In this document: piece by piece, positions 27,019 to 41,700 of the stretch
Position numbering within the stretch: the stretch's first letter is position 1
Layout: each line of letters begins with the position of its first letter
Assembly: GCF_000150275.1 (NCBI RefSeq)
Contig: NW_002060953.1
Span: forward strand, 56,291 to 120,290
DNA: 64,000 nucleotides
Direction of reading: 5' to 3'
Source of the DNA: Trichoplax adhaerens
Lineage: Eukaryota; Animalia; Placozoa
Notes under the pieces: generated by a model
The model's database searches: none
Told to the model about the DNA's origin: nothing
What the model saw: only the letters and a program-made list of their open reading frames with translations
Made by a program: the position numbers and the translations under genes

Positions 27019-28994
27019 TGATGATGGCGATATTTAAAGTGCTTTGGGTGCATATACTTATATTATAATATTCCATTAATCTGTACTATGAAATCTTTCC
27101 AAAAACAGAAGACTAGCTTAGTTTAATTTGTATCAAAATTAGCATGTAAACCAATGTGTTTTGGCTTTAGCAAAATAAAATCAAACGTAAATTCATCCTT
27201 ACTGTTTAAAAAAGTATAAAATAGCAAAATTTAATTTTTATTTGTGTTAATACTTGCCCAATAAATGTAACAATAATGTTCCAATTTGTTTCACATCACG
27301 GAATCAAAAGTTTAAAGATAAGGCTTCAGAGATTTTTTAAGGTAGTTCGAAAATTATAAATACATTTATATTATAATCCTTATAAAATAAAATATTGCAT
27401 TGCTCCTAATTTCCAAGAATTTTTAAATTCATACGAGTAATAAATCGTTATGAAACAGGATGATAATCATATAATTATAGTCACAATTACTGGCGAAATT
27501 TTTATCATAACGATTGTTATTCCGTAATAATCCAAACAATGCTAGGAAGCTGATGTTTGTCTGTGAAGATTTAGTCATCACCCATCCGATTTAAAATGTA
27601 AGTTGAAAAATTCGAGTCTCAATGAATGATAAATAATCAACTTGCATCTTAAACATTATTACACTGACATTAACGATGTAAAATAAATGATACAACAACA
27701 CTAATAAAATTTGCACATTCATGTGTATTACTACTTACGATGAATAATTTAATTTTCATTTTATACGTCAATTTACCTTCATTTAGTCCTTTAGTTGAAT
27801 ATTTCAACGTTAGCATAAACAAAATTAAGTGACAGCTTAAGATAAATAAGCGTATTTAATTTAACATAAGATAGCTAGTATGAAGTTATCCAATTAATAT
27901 AGACGCTCTATAATCAACTCGCACTTTAATTATTAAGTTTATGTTATGCACATCACCCATTTTTAATCCTGAATATTTATTTCTTCGAAAATGCGAGTAC
28001 ATGTTTCGTCAATTTTTATCTCTATACATATATTTATAATACCTTGATATGCTTTTATGACAGTGTACGATTAATTGCATGAAATTGAAGGCGGCTTACT
28101 TTTGGAATAAAATAAGCACTGCTCAAATTGGAGTGAAGGCTCTCGTCTATTAAAACTGCAATTGAACAAAGTCTTTGGCTAGTTTTACGCACGTAACATC
28201 TTGTCTATCAAATAACCTAAAATTATAAGGTTCTAGCTATAGATAGATCTAAATTGATCCTTCTTTATGATTATGACCACAAGAGTACAATAAATTATAC
28301 ATCACTAAAATTAATAGTAATATCTAATGTAGGTTAATTAGAGCAGCAATTTCATGCAATAGTGGCTGAACTCTGTCAACAAACTTTAATGAGGTCGAGA
28401 CATAAATGTTAGCTTATTTATGATTGTACATTAATATATAAGTTTGTATTCTACGATAAGTGCAAAAGTACACAAATTTGAGTACATTAATGATTCCTGC
28501 TTTATTCGAGGACGAATTTGAATTGAACCATCCTTTATTGAAATTCGTTAAATTACGACTCTCAGATGAGCAAAATTTGCAATTAATCACCTCTTAAGAG
28601 CATCTGTTGATAGGAAATTATATTTAAAGTGATTAGGCTATCAAAAACTAAATTAATGAAGCAGTAGTGAAATGTTCTTGTATGTGAGGTCAAAAATTAC
28701 TCACCTGTAATAAATCTCCTTCTCCAACGGAAGTCAAATTTAAGTAAATTGAAATACTAGGGTGAAAACAAACACTGACGTATGAAGCTCTCTGAAAGAG
28801 TAAATCAATAGTTTTACGATCTGTTCTCTCTAAAGAATACAGAAGCTGGCTATACGAAAGCAAGATGAAATATATCGCTCTCGCTAACGTCTGGGGAATG
28901 TACTTTATAAGAGTCCCTAAATCGCATTTACTAAAACTGAAAAGACTTAATGTTAAAGTAACCACAAAAACTTGATTAATACTAATGATACTAC

Positions 28995-29650
28995 AGTCTA
29001 TTTAGTAGCATGCCAGAGTGAAAGCAGTACATGTTATCAGATTTACTTTCCTCTAAAATAGTACCTTAATTATTAGGATGTAGTAGTCAATAATATAATA
29101 GACTTTAGATCTTGGTATGCATTCAATTTCTTAGATAGGAAACAGAAGTTACCAGCGAGTAACTAAAAACAACTAAATTAATAGCGATATGTCACCAGTG
29201 AGCAACAAAATTATATCTAAAGGATAACACTTCGCTAACTCTTCTGCCTCGTACTTGGCTTGCCGAGCCTTAATTTCTGGTTCTTTTATGCACGCATATT
29301 TAGTAAAATTACTAAATTTAAATAATTACAATAAATATGGAGTCAACCTATATCTTGACAATTAAGGCTAACATTAGTCATTGCATCAGTAGTAAATACC
29401 ATAATATCAACGCAATAAAAATTAATTGCTAACTTAACCTAGTCATGAAATAAACTAGAAAATAATATTCTAATTTATATCTGATTATATTCTATAATCT
29501 TTTTGACGTCAATGATCAGCACTTTAGTCTATTTAGTTGCATGCCAGAATGAAAGCTGTAAAGGTTATTAAATTCATTTTATTCTTAAAATAGAACCATA
29601 ACCAACTTATAACTTAACTTATTTATGAAACGAACAAGAGAATAATTACG
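28995..29650 (+). repeat. Old local direct duplication
   Basis: AGTCTATTTAGT.GCATGCCAGA.TGAAAGC.GTA...AAAATAG.ACC at ~28995 and ~29526; TAACTTAAC.TA.T.ATGAAA..AAC.AGA at ~29430 and ~29610. Confidence 0.55.
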
Positions 29651-29944
29651 TATTATTAGAAATATTATAGACAGTACGCCTATATCAAATTGCTTGCCGG
29701 ACTATTAGCCATATAAAAATAGCATAGTACATTTTCCATACACGAAGACCTAAAATACGTAACTTTGTACCATCATAATTTAGCAGCTGTAAGTAAATAA
29801 CCTATAGATTAATTTAAGGTAATATATTAATTCTACGTTAAGACATTATGAGAGGGAACCCAAGAATTGCAACTGGATCTCTTCATTATAGTTTTCATTA
29901 CTCAGTGTATATTAATAATTTTTAAATTTTAGGAAATGTCACTC

Positions 29945-30505
29945 TGTAAAGTAACTTAGTATTGTGATTGTAGACTATTAGCCATATTTAATACGATATG
30001 CAGTAGTGTCTTTTCTATATTTATTTTATGATATATTTAGTAGCTCACATTTGTAGACTGTAAGGATCGACTCAATGCTAGAGTTCAGATGGCTATATAC
30101 AGTATGATGTTGAGCTACTAATAAGGTTAGAGGTGGAAATAGAATTGTAAATCGTAAATTAGGATATGCTTAGTTCATTACACTTTGAGTAGCAGGAATA
30201 ATGTCTACAAAAATACTGTAATCATTTTCATATTTGATTAATGATGGCTTACTGTGAAATATTGTAACTAATAATAAGCAGAATATGTGTAAAATACAGG
30301 AGAATGCTGCAATGCTGATTGTAGTTACGAAGGCTGCAGAGAGTATAAAAGCAGGAGACATTAGATTATCTGATTATTTTTTTAGAAATCTTTCAATACT
30401 TGTATTCGTTTAGTGTAGAGCTGAGAGTAGTTAGTCTTTGTATTAGATCTAATGAACTTCTAATTTTCTACAACTTTGGAATTTTCTTGACCGATTTTTA
30501 TCACA
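29945..30505 (+). mobile_element. Probable solo LTR, family B, diverged copy (561 bp)
   Basis: Termini TGTAAAG...ATCACA; flanks CACTC/CACTA (4 of 5 match); colinear with 8210-8758 with many substitutions. Confidence 0.82.
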
Positions 30506-30981
30506 CACTAAAACGTACAAAATCAATTTTAACTATAAGTAAACGAACAAAGCTGGTATTCTTGATTTATGCAGTTTTCTAGATGGAATTTTAAATTTAA
30601 TTTAATGACTACCGTAATATTCATATATTTTCTTAAGGTTTATACTTCTATACATATGCTCGTAAATAGGTATTAAAGATTATTTATTTATTATTAAAAT
30701 CGAGATATGTGGATAACTTAGGCTTTAAAATCTGCCATATTATATTTAATGGAATAAATAATTAAAGGTAAATTATTTCACTTAAGGATAACTAGTAAAC
30801 GTCTACAGATCTTCCAATGATCGAAATATTTATTCCTTGAATTCTTTTAATTGTTATTCAATAAATTAATTATAATTATTGCACCGTCATGCTTATATGA
30901 ATAGAATGAGGAATTCCCTTATTAAAATTATTCCAAGCTATCCATTACAATAAAAAATGAAATAACCGTAACGTTTTAGCT

Positions 30982-30992
30982 TAATTTCCTGT
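30982..30992 (+). promoter_or_regulatory. Candidate shared upstream motif TAATTTCCTGT
   Basis: 301 bp upstream of ATG 31283; identical to 22236 and 42859. Confidence 0.35.
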
Positions 30993-31282
30993 AAACAGCG
31001 ACGTATACAGAATCTCAAACGTTTCATTTTTTCTGTAAGAAAGTTTTATCAGGCAGTTAATTATTAGAACCTTAACAAAAGCTAGCGCATCTGGTTTCTC
31101 ATGCTCACATTAAATAGCAAAGGAATTCAGTTTTACCTATACTAATATTCCTGACGTCGTCAATTACGCTAACGTTTTCTCTTTTGATACCTATATTATT
31201 AAATCTTTAAAGTACTTTCACTTCGCAAATATTTAGGAAAGGTAAAATCAGATCAGTTGTAGCGAAAACAAGATTAATATTG

Positions 31283-32281
31283 ATGGCAACTATTAAAGTA
31301 ATCAACTTTACAGATATCCCAATGAATAATATGACGGAACCATTCTATTTGTATACTGCTTCAACAAACATCTCAAGACTAGGACTTCGCTACAATGATC
31401 CTAGATTTATCATATCAATCAGCTTATCTCTCTTAATTAGCCTTCTCGCAATTTTTAGCAATCTATTTAATTTGATTATAATTTATCGTTCACCAATACT
31501 TCACGATACCAATAATTTGTTATTATTTCACCTATCTATAATCGATTTCCTTAATGGCTTGATCGTTGTACCAGTTAGTGTTTTAACATCAATTGTTGGT
31601 TATTCAGGCCTTCAGCTATGCAAACTGCAAGGGTTTGTTCTATTTGTGCTATATGATGCTTCACTAGCGGCAACGTCAGCAATAAGTATCGATCGTTGCA
31701 CTGCCGTAGTAAATTCTTACGGCTACGATTCCAATATAAGTAAGCGAAAGTGTATGTTGACATCTATATACATTTGGAGTCTGCCATTTATCATAGCAAC
31801 GCTACCATTGTTGGGTTTAGAGAGATACGGTTTAGGTAAGTATAATCTTTTATTATTCTGCGGAATTTCTTTTGAATTTTATGATGATAACTATCTAGTG
31901 TATTGGATCATGATGGCATTTATCGCTGCGACAATTGTTATCATCTTATGTAGTTACAGCATCATTTTTAAAGTGGCCTTTCAAAAGTCTCTGCAGAATC
32001 AAGCCCATAACAACAAATTGAAAAAGTCAATTCGAACAACGGCACTAATTGTTGGCAGTAGTCTAATTTGTTGGCTACCATATACGATTTATGGTGTACA
32101 AAGCTATATTTTTCGCCGTAGCGTTGTAAATTATACTCCCAGTACGTTTAAAGTTATCGCAGTTATGCTTATCTTAAGTAATGCTGCTATTAATCCGTTA
32201 ATATATGGCATTACAAATAGTACAATTAGAATGCAATTTTATAAATTATTTCGCTTTAGTCGTATTGGCCAAACCCCTTAA
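31283..32281 (+). CDS. Class A 7TM GPCR, intact, 332 aa from the first ATG
   Basis: The ORF-track start at 31280 is TTG; ATG at 31283. Motifs LHDTNN, CKLQGF, DRC, YGLGKY, CWLP, NPLIY; sequons NFT, NMT, NIS. Confidence 0.95.
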   Translation: MATIKVINFTDIPMNNMTEPFYLYTASTNISRLGLRYNDPRFIISISLSLLISLLAIFSNLFNLIIIYRSPILHDTNNLLLFHLSIIDFLNGLIVVPVSVLTSIVGYSGLQLCKLQGFVLFVLYDASLAATSAISIDRCTAVVNSYGYDSNISKRKCMLTSIYIWSLPFIIATLPLLGLERYGLGKYNLLLFCGISFEFYDDNYLVYWIMMAFIAATIVIILCSYSIIFKVAFQKSLQNQAHNNKLKKSIRTTALIVGSSLICWLPYTIYGVQSYIFRRSVVNYTPSTFKVIAVMLILSNAAINPLIYGITNSTIRMQFYKLFRFSRIGQTP

Positions 32282-33156
32282 TAATTGCCTGTGTCAAGCC
32301 AAGTTTGGCTTAAAAAAATTCTCCTTACAACTGTATTTTGAAGCGATCCAAAAGAAGACATTGCTTCCTACTTTTACGCAGTTCTAAAAATAGATTATTA
32401 GTAAATTCGAAATTAATTTCGGCAAAGTCAGAAATACCTACTGAATATATTAGTAATATTTGTATATATGGCCTAAGTTCAGATCGTTGGTTTGAAATCT
32501 TATAGTAACAGCCTAGTTGCAATTGCGTAGTCACAAATATTATCGCAGCAATTATACCCATCAAATTAGCACTAAAAAGTTCAAATGTGATCATAGAAAT
32601 ATTATATGGCCTATATTATATATAAGCTACAGGATATGATAATGCTGCCGAAATATCGATTACAGTAGTTAACATTCGAAATTTATAAGAGCAGCAAGAT
32701 AGCCATCTATCCAACCTCATTTTTTCCAAATGTAAATTCTTTGCTAAGCACCTAATTGATAATGTATAATTAGCTACCGCCATTCTTCGGGAGCTTAAAT
32801 ACAGCAACATTTTAATTGCCCCTCTATGTTAGAGATGACATTAGCGATAAACTGAATTATATAAATAATGTAAGAAAATTATCTTTATGGGACCTGATCA
32901 AATTGTGTATTTATAAGTTTTAATAAAATTTTTTCCTATTTAGAGGAATAATTTTGAGTTGTAATGAAAAATTAAAACACTTTTATACATTCTAGTACTT
33001 AAATTTAGGAATTTGGAAACTAGCACAGGAGAGTTGGTTATAGATAAAAAGGACTATGATTTGCAATGTACATGTATATCATTTCTTACTTTTATTTAGA
33101 AAACCTAATTTTTACATGCGACGAATCTTCAACTTACTAAATAATCAGTAACACAG

Positions 33157-34620
33157 TGTTGTAAAAGGACTAAAAGTAGAGTCCTTTGTAGTTTTTAGTA
33201 TGTAATTAGTATTATTTTACTATACAAAATACCTAGAAAGTGATAGTGTCTTTAAGTTTTACCCTGCCAAATCATCATGTCGCCATCTTTTCTTCTTCAT
33301 TATTTTACAAGGTATTATATAGATTACTATAGAAGTAGCCCTATAAAGCAAATGCCTAATCTAAAGAAAGGGCGTTTGATCGTCTATTCAAATTGTAAAG
33401 AAATTTGACTTAGTAGCAAAACCCTAATCGCATATCCTTAGAGAAAGGGGATTTATAACATGACGATAAAGTACTGTAAGGTAGTCTATACTCGTACAGT
33501 TACAGTACAATCTGACGCTAAAACATCAACTGTCAATACTCGCGAATACTAAGCGGTACTAATGTCAGAAAAGTAGTCGTAGTAGTCATATAAATTTTTT
33601 TTTGATAAGCGATTACTGTGATCTTCATAAAAAGCGAATTTTTCCGGATTTGTGTCCGATATAGTTTTCGGATTCTGGGACCGGTCGGGTTTGTGTCCGA
33701 TATAATTTTCCTGTTTTGGAACCGGTCGGGTTTATTTTTAATTTATGTCTGAATTATAATCTTTCTGTTTTAATTTTTGGATTTTTGTTCATGAAAAATA
33801 TCGTAAGAGTTGATTTTTGAGATTTGGACTTTTTGTTATGAATTTGAAACTTTGGAATTTTATGACGTGACTTGAAGTCACATTAGGAGATTTAGTGAGG
33901 AAAATAGAAAATAAGATGGAAATTGGCAGAGGTTGTGTTGATTGTTAGATAGTTAGAATGTTGTTTTTATGACTAAATCTTGATGTTTAAAGGTTGATTT
34001 TTAGCTTTTTATAGTGTATTAATGATAGAAATTATGTTAGAAATGAAGTTTGATGTATTTTGGTTTATAGTTAGCTTATTACTTTTATAGTGTTTTGTAA
34101 GGGAATCGTAGGGTAAATTGTGTCTGAACTTTGAATGATTTTTGTTTTCTTAAATGGTGCAAAGTAGTTTTGTAAAACGGATCTTAAGAGCGATTGGTTA
34201 GCAAATGTTTAGTTTTAAATACCTCTGACGGCTCTACGAAGCCTATAAATGATAGTGCAATTAGAAAATTTAGAGAGAGAGTAGAAGAAGATTTTATTTG
34301 AAGAACTTGTTGAATTTAAAAGGCCTTCGGGGTCGAATTGTCGTAAGTTAAAACGTTCTTCTTTTTGAAAGGTTGTTTGGTCGTTGACAGTTTTTAAGTC
34401 TGTCATTTATTTTAATAATACTTAAAGCTAAGTATTTGTAAGGTTGTTCGGTTTATACTTCTCTCCATTTTTGTTTTGAAATAAATTGTTGTTCGGTTAT
34501 TTCCCCAAATTTTATTTGGTGTCAAAGTATTAGCGTTAAGTCGACCGGAGTGCAACGAAAGTAGAATTAAAGTTTGTTAAAGTTTCGTAGCTTGATCTCT
34601 ACACATTTCATTTCATTACA
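33157..34620 (+). mobile_element. Family A element (1464 bp), probable long solo LTR
   Basis: Termini TGTTGT...ATTACA; perfect 4-bp TSD ACAG (33153-33156 / 34621-34624); highly similar to 12280-13637 with internal duplications at ~33640-33770. Confidence 0.83.
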
Positions 34621-34842
34621 ACAGTAAAATCTAATCCGATTAATATTACATTCGACTTAAAATTTCAGAGATAGATGCCTTAAACTTTATTATATCATGA
34701 ACACAAGCAAAGTCTTACGGAAAAAATTGCTCATCTTTAATTATTGTACTTGATATATCATATTCACAAGTACTTCCAACAGTCTTTACAACTGAAAAGC
34801 AAGGGTAGTTTAAATAATTTAAAATTTATTGCTGTATGAAAG

Positions 34843-35772
34843 AAACATACTTTAAGGGATCACGACTTTACTATACATTGCTATAATTTATTAAAGAAGG
34901 CCGGAGCCAAAGGATAAATTTAGAGTTTCGTATCCAGGATGTCAAACTAAATGGACGCTGGTAAAGGTACCGTAGTCTTTTTCATATTTTCTAAATTGAG
35001 AGGCCTAAAAGTAGACTTACCGTACTATTACAATAAAAAAAATTATTGCAATATATTATTTATGGATTTAACTTACTTTTGTTAATATTTCCTGGGAAGA
35101 AAAAGATAAAGCTAAGTCCAAAACAGTGCTCTATTCCAAGTAAAGGAAGGATTTACATTGCAAATTTGTGTTGCCTTTCCGAATAAAAAGTTTCAGTACG
35201 TTAAGTTAATCTAACCTCGTTAGAAATTTTTTAATCAATGTAGAAAGTAAAGCTGTATATGATTTAGTATCATATCTTAAATAATTTGTGAAGTTCTAAA
35301 ACCTCAAATCTGGCCATGCAGCCAACCCATGAATTAAAAAATTTTGAAACCGTAAGAAAAAAACAAGCACTCTTCGCAAATGATAGAATAGTTGGCCCCA
35401 GTACTTTATAAAATTGGTACTGTATTAAAATGTATAAACTCAAATGATGGTCTTATTAGGCTTTATAATTTCAATTATAACAATTTTAAATTTGTGGCTC
35501 ACTAAACAGTATATCGAGATATAGATATACATTTCAGATCCATTCGCTAGTACATCTCTTCTCTATTCATATTACTATTTGATCGTACTGGATATTTATC
35601 ACTGAAAGTTAACAAAGATAATGTTAAGTGATAAACTTAATTGTAGGTACTGTACGTAGTTAGAACTTTAGTCGAAGTATCTTATACTATCAGCAAACAC
35701 TGCAACCAGATCAGCCTATGCAGATATTCTGACCCATAGTATACGTGCAAAAGACAAATTTCTGTAGCTAGT
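34843..35772 (+). repeat. 930-bp non-coding block duplicated at 63071-64000
   Basis: Base-by-base colinear with 63071-64000, with only scattered substitutions and single-base indels; true ends hidden by a gap and the window edge. Confidence 0.95.
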
Positions 35773-38700
35773 GTGCGATATAGTTTTGATCGATTCTTAT
35801 CTATAACAATCATTCATATAGCCATATTAAATTTCCATATGTGAGTATAAAATATTCTATTTTCAAATGCTGTATTATATCTTATCTTAGTAAAGTTTAC
35901 TAAGTTGAATTAAATTAAGGTAAATTGACATCTCGAAGTTTGTCACGCCCTCAATTTGCTTCCGTTCATCGGCAATATAACTGCCTACATACCCTTTCAC
36001 ATCGAAATTGACCTAACTCTTATGTATTATAGTCTCGCTGTAATTAATCAAAATCTAAATTGAAATAAACAAATTGGTCATAAGATGAAAATTTTATGAA
36101 CAAAGCCGGGATATCGTAGGAATAATATTATATTAGCCAAGTTAGCAACATAAGCAATAAAATTTCTGAATCAAGTTAGAACCTGAGTGTTACATTGTTG
36201 AGGTACGTTATTGTAAAGATTAGTAGAATCCACGCTCGCTAGACTTCGTGTACCGTATGTTCTTCTACCTTTTACTTTGCTAACTGTAGGAATGTTTATT
36301 TGAGGGCATTTTGTTTGCTTACCCTTATTTAGTCAGCTTATAATTTAGATGTATTGTCTTTCAATATAGAACCGGCTTTTTGGCAGATAGCATTATAGAA
36401 ATAATACGGTGTTACCTCACCGTTAGCATAGCTTAATAAGTACAGTAGTAGCTAATATAAAAAATATCTGTATTTGTAGTACTAGGCAAGATAAGTCATG
36501 CTTCTACGTGGATGTTGTTTGTGATAGTTTATTGCATATTTGATATTGATTGTTATTATGTGTAGATAGTAGTCAGGTAATTTAAGTTCTAGCTTTGGTA
36601 GTTGAATCAGATAACATTCGAGTACATGCTTAGATTGAGATTAAGTATGAGGAAGAGATTAAAAATGTTTACTGATAGAAAAGCTATGTAAGGAACGTCT
36701 TAGTTCGAGATATCTCTCAAAGTAAGGTATAAATAATAATACTATTGTTGCCTACAGATTATACAGTTCCTATATAAAGGTGAACATTTCATTGGAGTTG
36801 TAAGGTGAAAAGTAGTAGACGAGTCTATGCTAATAAAAGTTCTATCTTTACGGTACTTCGCTGTATGATTTTAACGTTTAGTAAAAGGGCGTTTAAGTTA
36901 GTAGCTACTAATAGACTTTTACTATACTTTTCCTTGTCGCAGAGTTTGAATTAAAGCAAAAAATTAGCAGTTTTATCATGAAAATAAGAATAATCTTCTA
37001 GCAGTTTGAAATCCCATGATTGTAACTAGCTTATGGTAGATTGTGGACTAACTCGAGAATATTCGACGTATGGACACATGAGTACTGTAATCTGATAATC
37101 TTACATTAGTTAATAGATATATAACTTTGTGAATGCTGTTGTCTTCATTATGCAGTGACATGTAATGATTTGCATCTAATTTGTTGGAAGACTTAAAAGC
37201 TAGTAACACTCGCTAAGACTCATAAATCATTATGAAACTGTATTTTGATTGCTGCATGGCTTGCTGTACAATAAAGAGAAATTTAAAATGTTCATTTTTA
37301 TCAAAAACTGTGATGTACTTAAACCATATCTATCGAGCTAACATTCCTAATATAACAGATATTTTCCCTAATGCGTGATTTATGGACTCGACTTATCGAT
37401 CACAAATTATGTTATCTTGTTAAAAAGCTATTTCATAACACTGATCTATACTGCAGTCAATCACACTTTACCCAGCTATCAGGTCTTGTGAAATTGGATC
37501 GGTATCAAAATTAATCTAAAAATTTGACATAGATAGCTTAATTAATAATAAATCAACTAGGCAAAAGGATAGAGTCTGGTCTTTGCTTTGTGATTATAGC
37601 TACTTCATGCCTATACGTATCCTTATTTTATTTTGGGTTATTTTAAGATAAGTGAAAATAATATAGAAAAGATAAATAGAAGAATTCACTATTCTCTTCC
37701 TTGTAAAAACACTTGCAATAGCTCAGATAAACTGAATAATCGAAATAAGACTCTACAACACCAGTTCCATACAAATTATACCAAACCCTATCAAATATTT
37801 CTTACATTATTCTTATTCGGCGTTAAGATATTCTATGTCACATATTTCTTTACTCCAAATTACTATCATACTTTCAACAAACGTTGCCATTATAATGAGC
37901 TGAAATTACAATATTTTAGAATTACACCTTCTCGCGAAGCACATCAAAATAATTACGAAATTTGTACTTAATAATAATCCTCTATATAATTTTTAATGCA
38001 AGGAACCTATGAATATCCATGCACTATACTCATATGGCCATTCAAAGGGTATCTATCACAGGAATTTCTAAATACTGTAAGATAAGTCAAAAGATTCCTG
38101 AGTCTAAATATCGTTAAAATGGAAAATGAACACTGTCGGTATTGTTCTACTTTTATAACCTTCGATACTAATGAATATATTCTGTTTAAGCAGAAGAAAT
38201 TTAGAAGCTTAGAAGAATGAAAAATAAGTTTCATTGCTTACAATATGTAATTTATCAGATACTGTTATTCGAATTATTTTCTACCTGAAATATCTAAAAT
38301 TATTCTATTATAAGAGATGTTATCGGCAAACGTAGTAATAACCTAGCCCGAGTCTGTAGAAAAATTGTACGGCGAAGTAGATATATTTCGTGCAATTATT
38401 ATTGCTAACGTTTAGCTATATTTACTATTAAAAATACTATTTAAATTAATATAATAAATTTTGCTAAACTAATTTTATACTTCCATATGATGATAAGCAT
38501 CAGAGTTTCAGATTAAATCCCTATCAACCCTGCGTAGGGTTGTATGCATATCATACCTATACCCGTATATCCTATAGATAATCATCATGAGACTTGTATG
38601 ATAAGCATAAGAGGTCGATCAGTAAAATGCATCGAAGCAGACATTGCATAACGAAGACAGCTTGATGTCATGGACTACTCTCCTGACAAAGGATAAAGTA

Positions 38701-41700
38701 AAGTACTCCACTCTTTTATGTTGCTATTGTCAACTACTACTACAGCTTGGGTCTTGAACTGCCCTTCGTGATTGTAATCACACAGACAAAGTTCAAAACG
38801 TCGGGCTACTTTACATTATTTTAACTAATACGGCAAACGTAATTTACTCGTGAAAGCTACAAAACCACTTACTTACGAGCAATATTCGCAGCCACAAGTC
38901 AAAAACAAAAGTTCAGTCGACCTAACATATTCCTATATAGACTGAAATCTGCAATGTACTATATGGTAGAGCACTGATCTTTGAGAAAGTGCCGAATACT
39001 ATCACATAATTGAATACATCGTAAAGTTAATTAACCTTCGCGATCGAATATTTTATTTTATTCGAATTTAGAGCTTTTCATGGATCTAATATATTACTTA
39101 TATAAAAACCAGATAATCGCTTCGAATATTGAAGATGGTAACTAAGCATACAATATGGCATGTCTGATTTTATAAATTTCCTATAAGTTGTGCAGTGTGC
39201 GTGCATTATTTTGGGCCCATTTATCATGAAGACATGCAAAATTGCAGTTTAAAACATAGCATGACAATACCACCACTAAAATGAAATAGGGAGAAAGATA
39301 ATAATTTTACATTCCTCTTATTCTCTCCCTTAATTTCTATGATAAATCATAATATTAGATTTTATTTGAGTAAAAGAAAGGATTGTACTTAAAATAATTT
39401 ATTCTGCGGTCATTATTTCGCTACTTGGGCTGGTATTTTAGACTCCTCACACTTTTATCGTCATAGAAATGAGTTATGCTGCCGTGGATGCTACCAGTTT
39501 CGAAATGCAAGCCCTAGACAATCTAATTTCTACTTGCAAATAAATTCCTGAACGAATTTCTGGAGACAATATCTAAGAATGTAATAATAAGTATTGATAG
39601 GAAGGCTTGATTTCGTTAATGAAAGAGCAACGACTATTTTGCATACAAACGAGAATATCACTTGTCTACACTTCAATCCATCATTTAATAAACATCTTTA
39701 AAATAATGTACGGTATTTAAAGGTAAATTTGAATAAATATAATATCGATATTCGCTAAAGGTGGCGCCGAATTACATCGAAAAATTATCGCAACAGGAAT
39801 AGCGTAAGATACTAATACACGAATCCAACTATACTCTGTATTTGGAAGAAATATGAAATAGTCGATGGTATTTCGATGGAAATTACCATAACTACCGACT
39901 ATTATTTAGCTATTTAAACGTCCAGTATACTATATGTTCAGCTATGGCCTAGAAATTGAGAAATATCTCAAGTAAAAATTTATCCCAACATGTTCCATTG
40001 TAGAATCAGCTTGTAAGACGTTCTCGTTGTCAACAGAAATCGCTACTTATATTTGACAATTTAAATCGCACTTTGTCAGCAACTTAAGGTTAGCATGAAA
40101 TGAATCAGAAAGACTAGAGCTAGTATAGTATTAGGTCTCATTTACTACACTATGCAGCGACTTGCCATAATCGAAACAAGATGATGATTACGCACTTCAT
40201 AAAGATAAACCATGAATCCTCAGTTTTATTTCAAACTAGAAGCTAATTTACGTTATATGCAAGTGAAGCAAGTATCAATGAAAAAATTGAAACTAAGAGA
40301 CTATCGACAGTTTATAACTACGAATGAAGACAAACAATAAAAATCGAAGCCATGCTGCAGGTTGCGACAAAGGCTCAATGAAATTTAATCCAAAATGAAA
40401 TAAAAGATATCAATTTTTCTATACCTAGAATCAGTCATTTTCGATAACCTATGATCTCTTAGGAGTGATCTAATCAATGCATACTCTTACTATAGACTCA
40501 AAATTTAATCATAAATACCATGAAATCAATGACTTCCATATTAAATAATCTAAATAACTTTAAAAGCATATTGTGCGCCAACAAAGATATACGTATATAT
40601 TAAATTATAATCAATAAAATAAACTGGTGGACAAAATGACAGCAAGGTCTGTATACAGTGCAAGAGTTAAAAGTAACTGTAAATTTGAGACAATGTATTT
40701 ATAGCATACGAAAGAAAAGAATTTACGGCGATGAATAACGTATAGTATATTGACCATTATCTTTACTGTTCCGTCATAAGACTACTGGACTAAGAAATTT
40801 TAATTGTTTCGTCTAACTTCTGAACTGACTCGGGAATCATGACATGTAGCAAGTAAATCATAAATTTTCAATCGTAGTAAGTATTAGATAAAATATACCC
40901 GATAAAAAATATTCTCTAGAGTTAATTGAATATTTGCAATCGAAAAGATAAAACTAATAGAAGGCTATCCTAACAATAAAATAAACTAGAAGGGTATACA
41001 AATAATCTATCTAAATGGAATATAAAAAGGCACGGGAAGGCATCTATCCTTTAAGTGATTATAATACCAAGATAGAGGATGTATATTGTCCTTGAGTGTA
41101 CACATATGAATTAATAAAGGAATAGGCTTAAGGCTCTTTTATATTTATCACTTATAACTTATTCATTTTTATTTGCCGCTATGATATTATCGACACGAAA
41201 TATAATGTTTCAGGCAACGCTTTCTAATCAAACTTCTACTCTATCAATGTAATCCCACCTACAGTCCCTTGAAACGAGCAGCGCGGGAGTATTTATACTA
41301 CTGTTAGATGACTCTGATTATGGGTTGATTTCAATAGGTCAGTATAAGATTCTTACAGTACTTTTTACCTCAAGATTTCTTCATGTAAAATGAATAGCTC
41401 TAAGGTAGTAATTTCTGCAGAGTACTGATTATTGAAATAGTATTCGTTATATTGCTAAGGGTAGCTACTGGGCCTTTCAATTTTGATTTCATGTAATATT
41501 CTGAAGAAATTGAATAAACATAGAATCTTTATAGAGTTTTCTACACAACCATTTTGATTGTTACATTTTCTTAAAACGGTTGCTATCGACAGAACAAGCT
41601 TTGCTTGCATACTCAAGCGATCCTTAGACACATTATAATGATTTGTATAGAATTGGCCACGGTACTATGGACATTATACCGCAATGTAGATATCTTATAG

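Noticed and set aside
36188-36915. G-skewed region with TATATAAA and AATAAA, LTR-like
   Set aside because: No convincing pair of TG...CA termini with a TSD could be identified.
37633-37971. 112-aa ORF
   Set aside because: TTG start, AT-driven composition, no recognisable motif.
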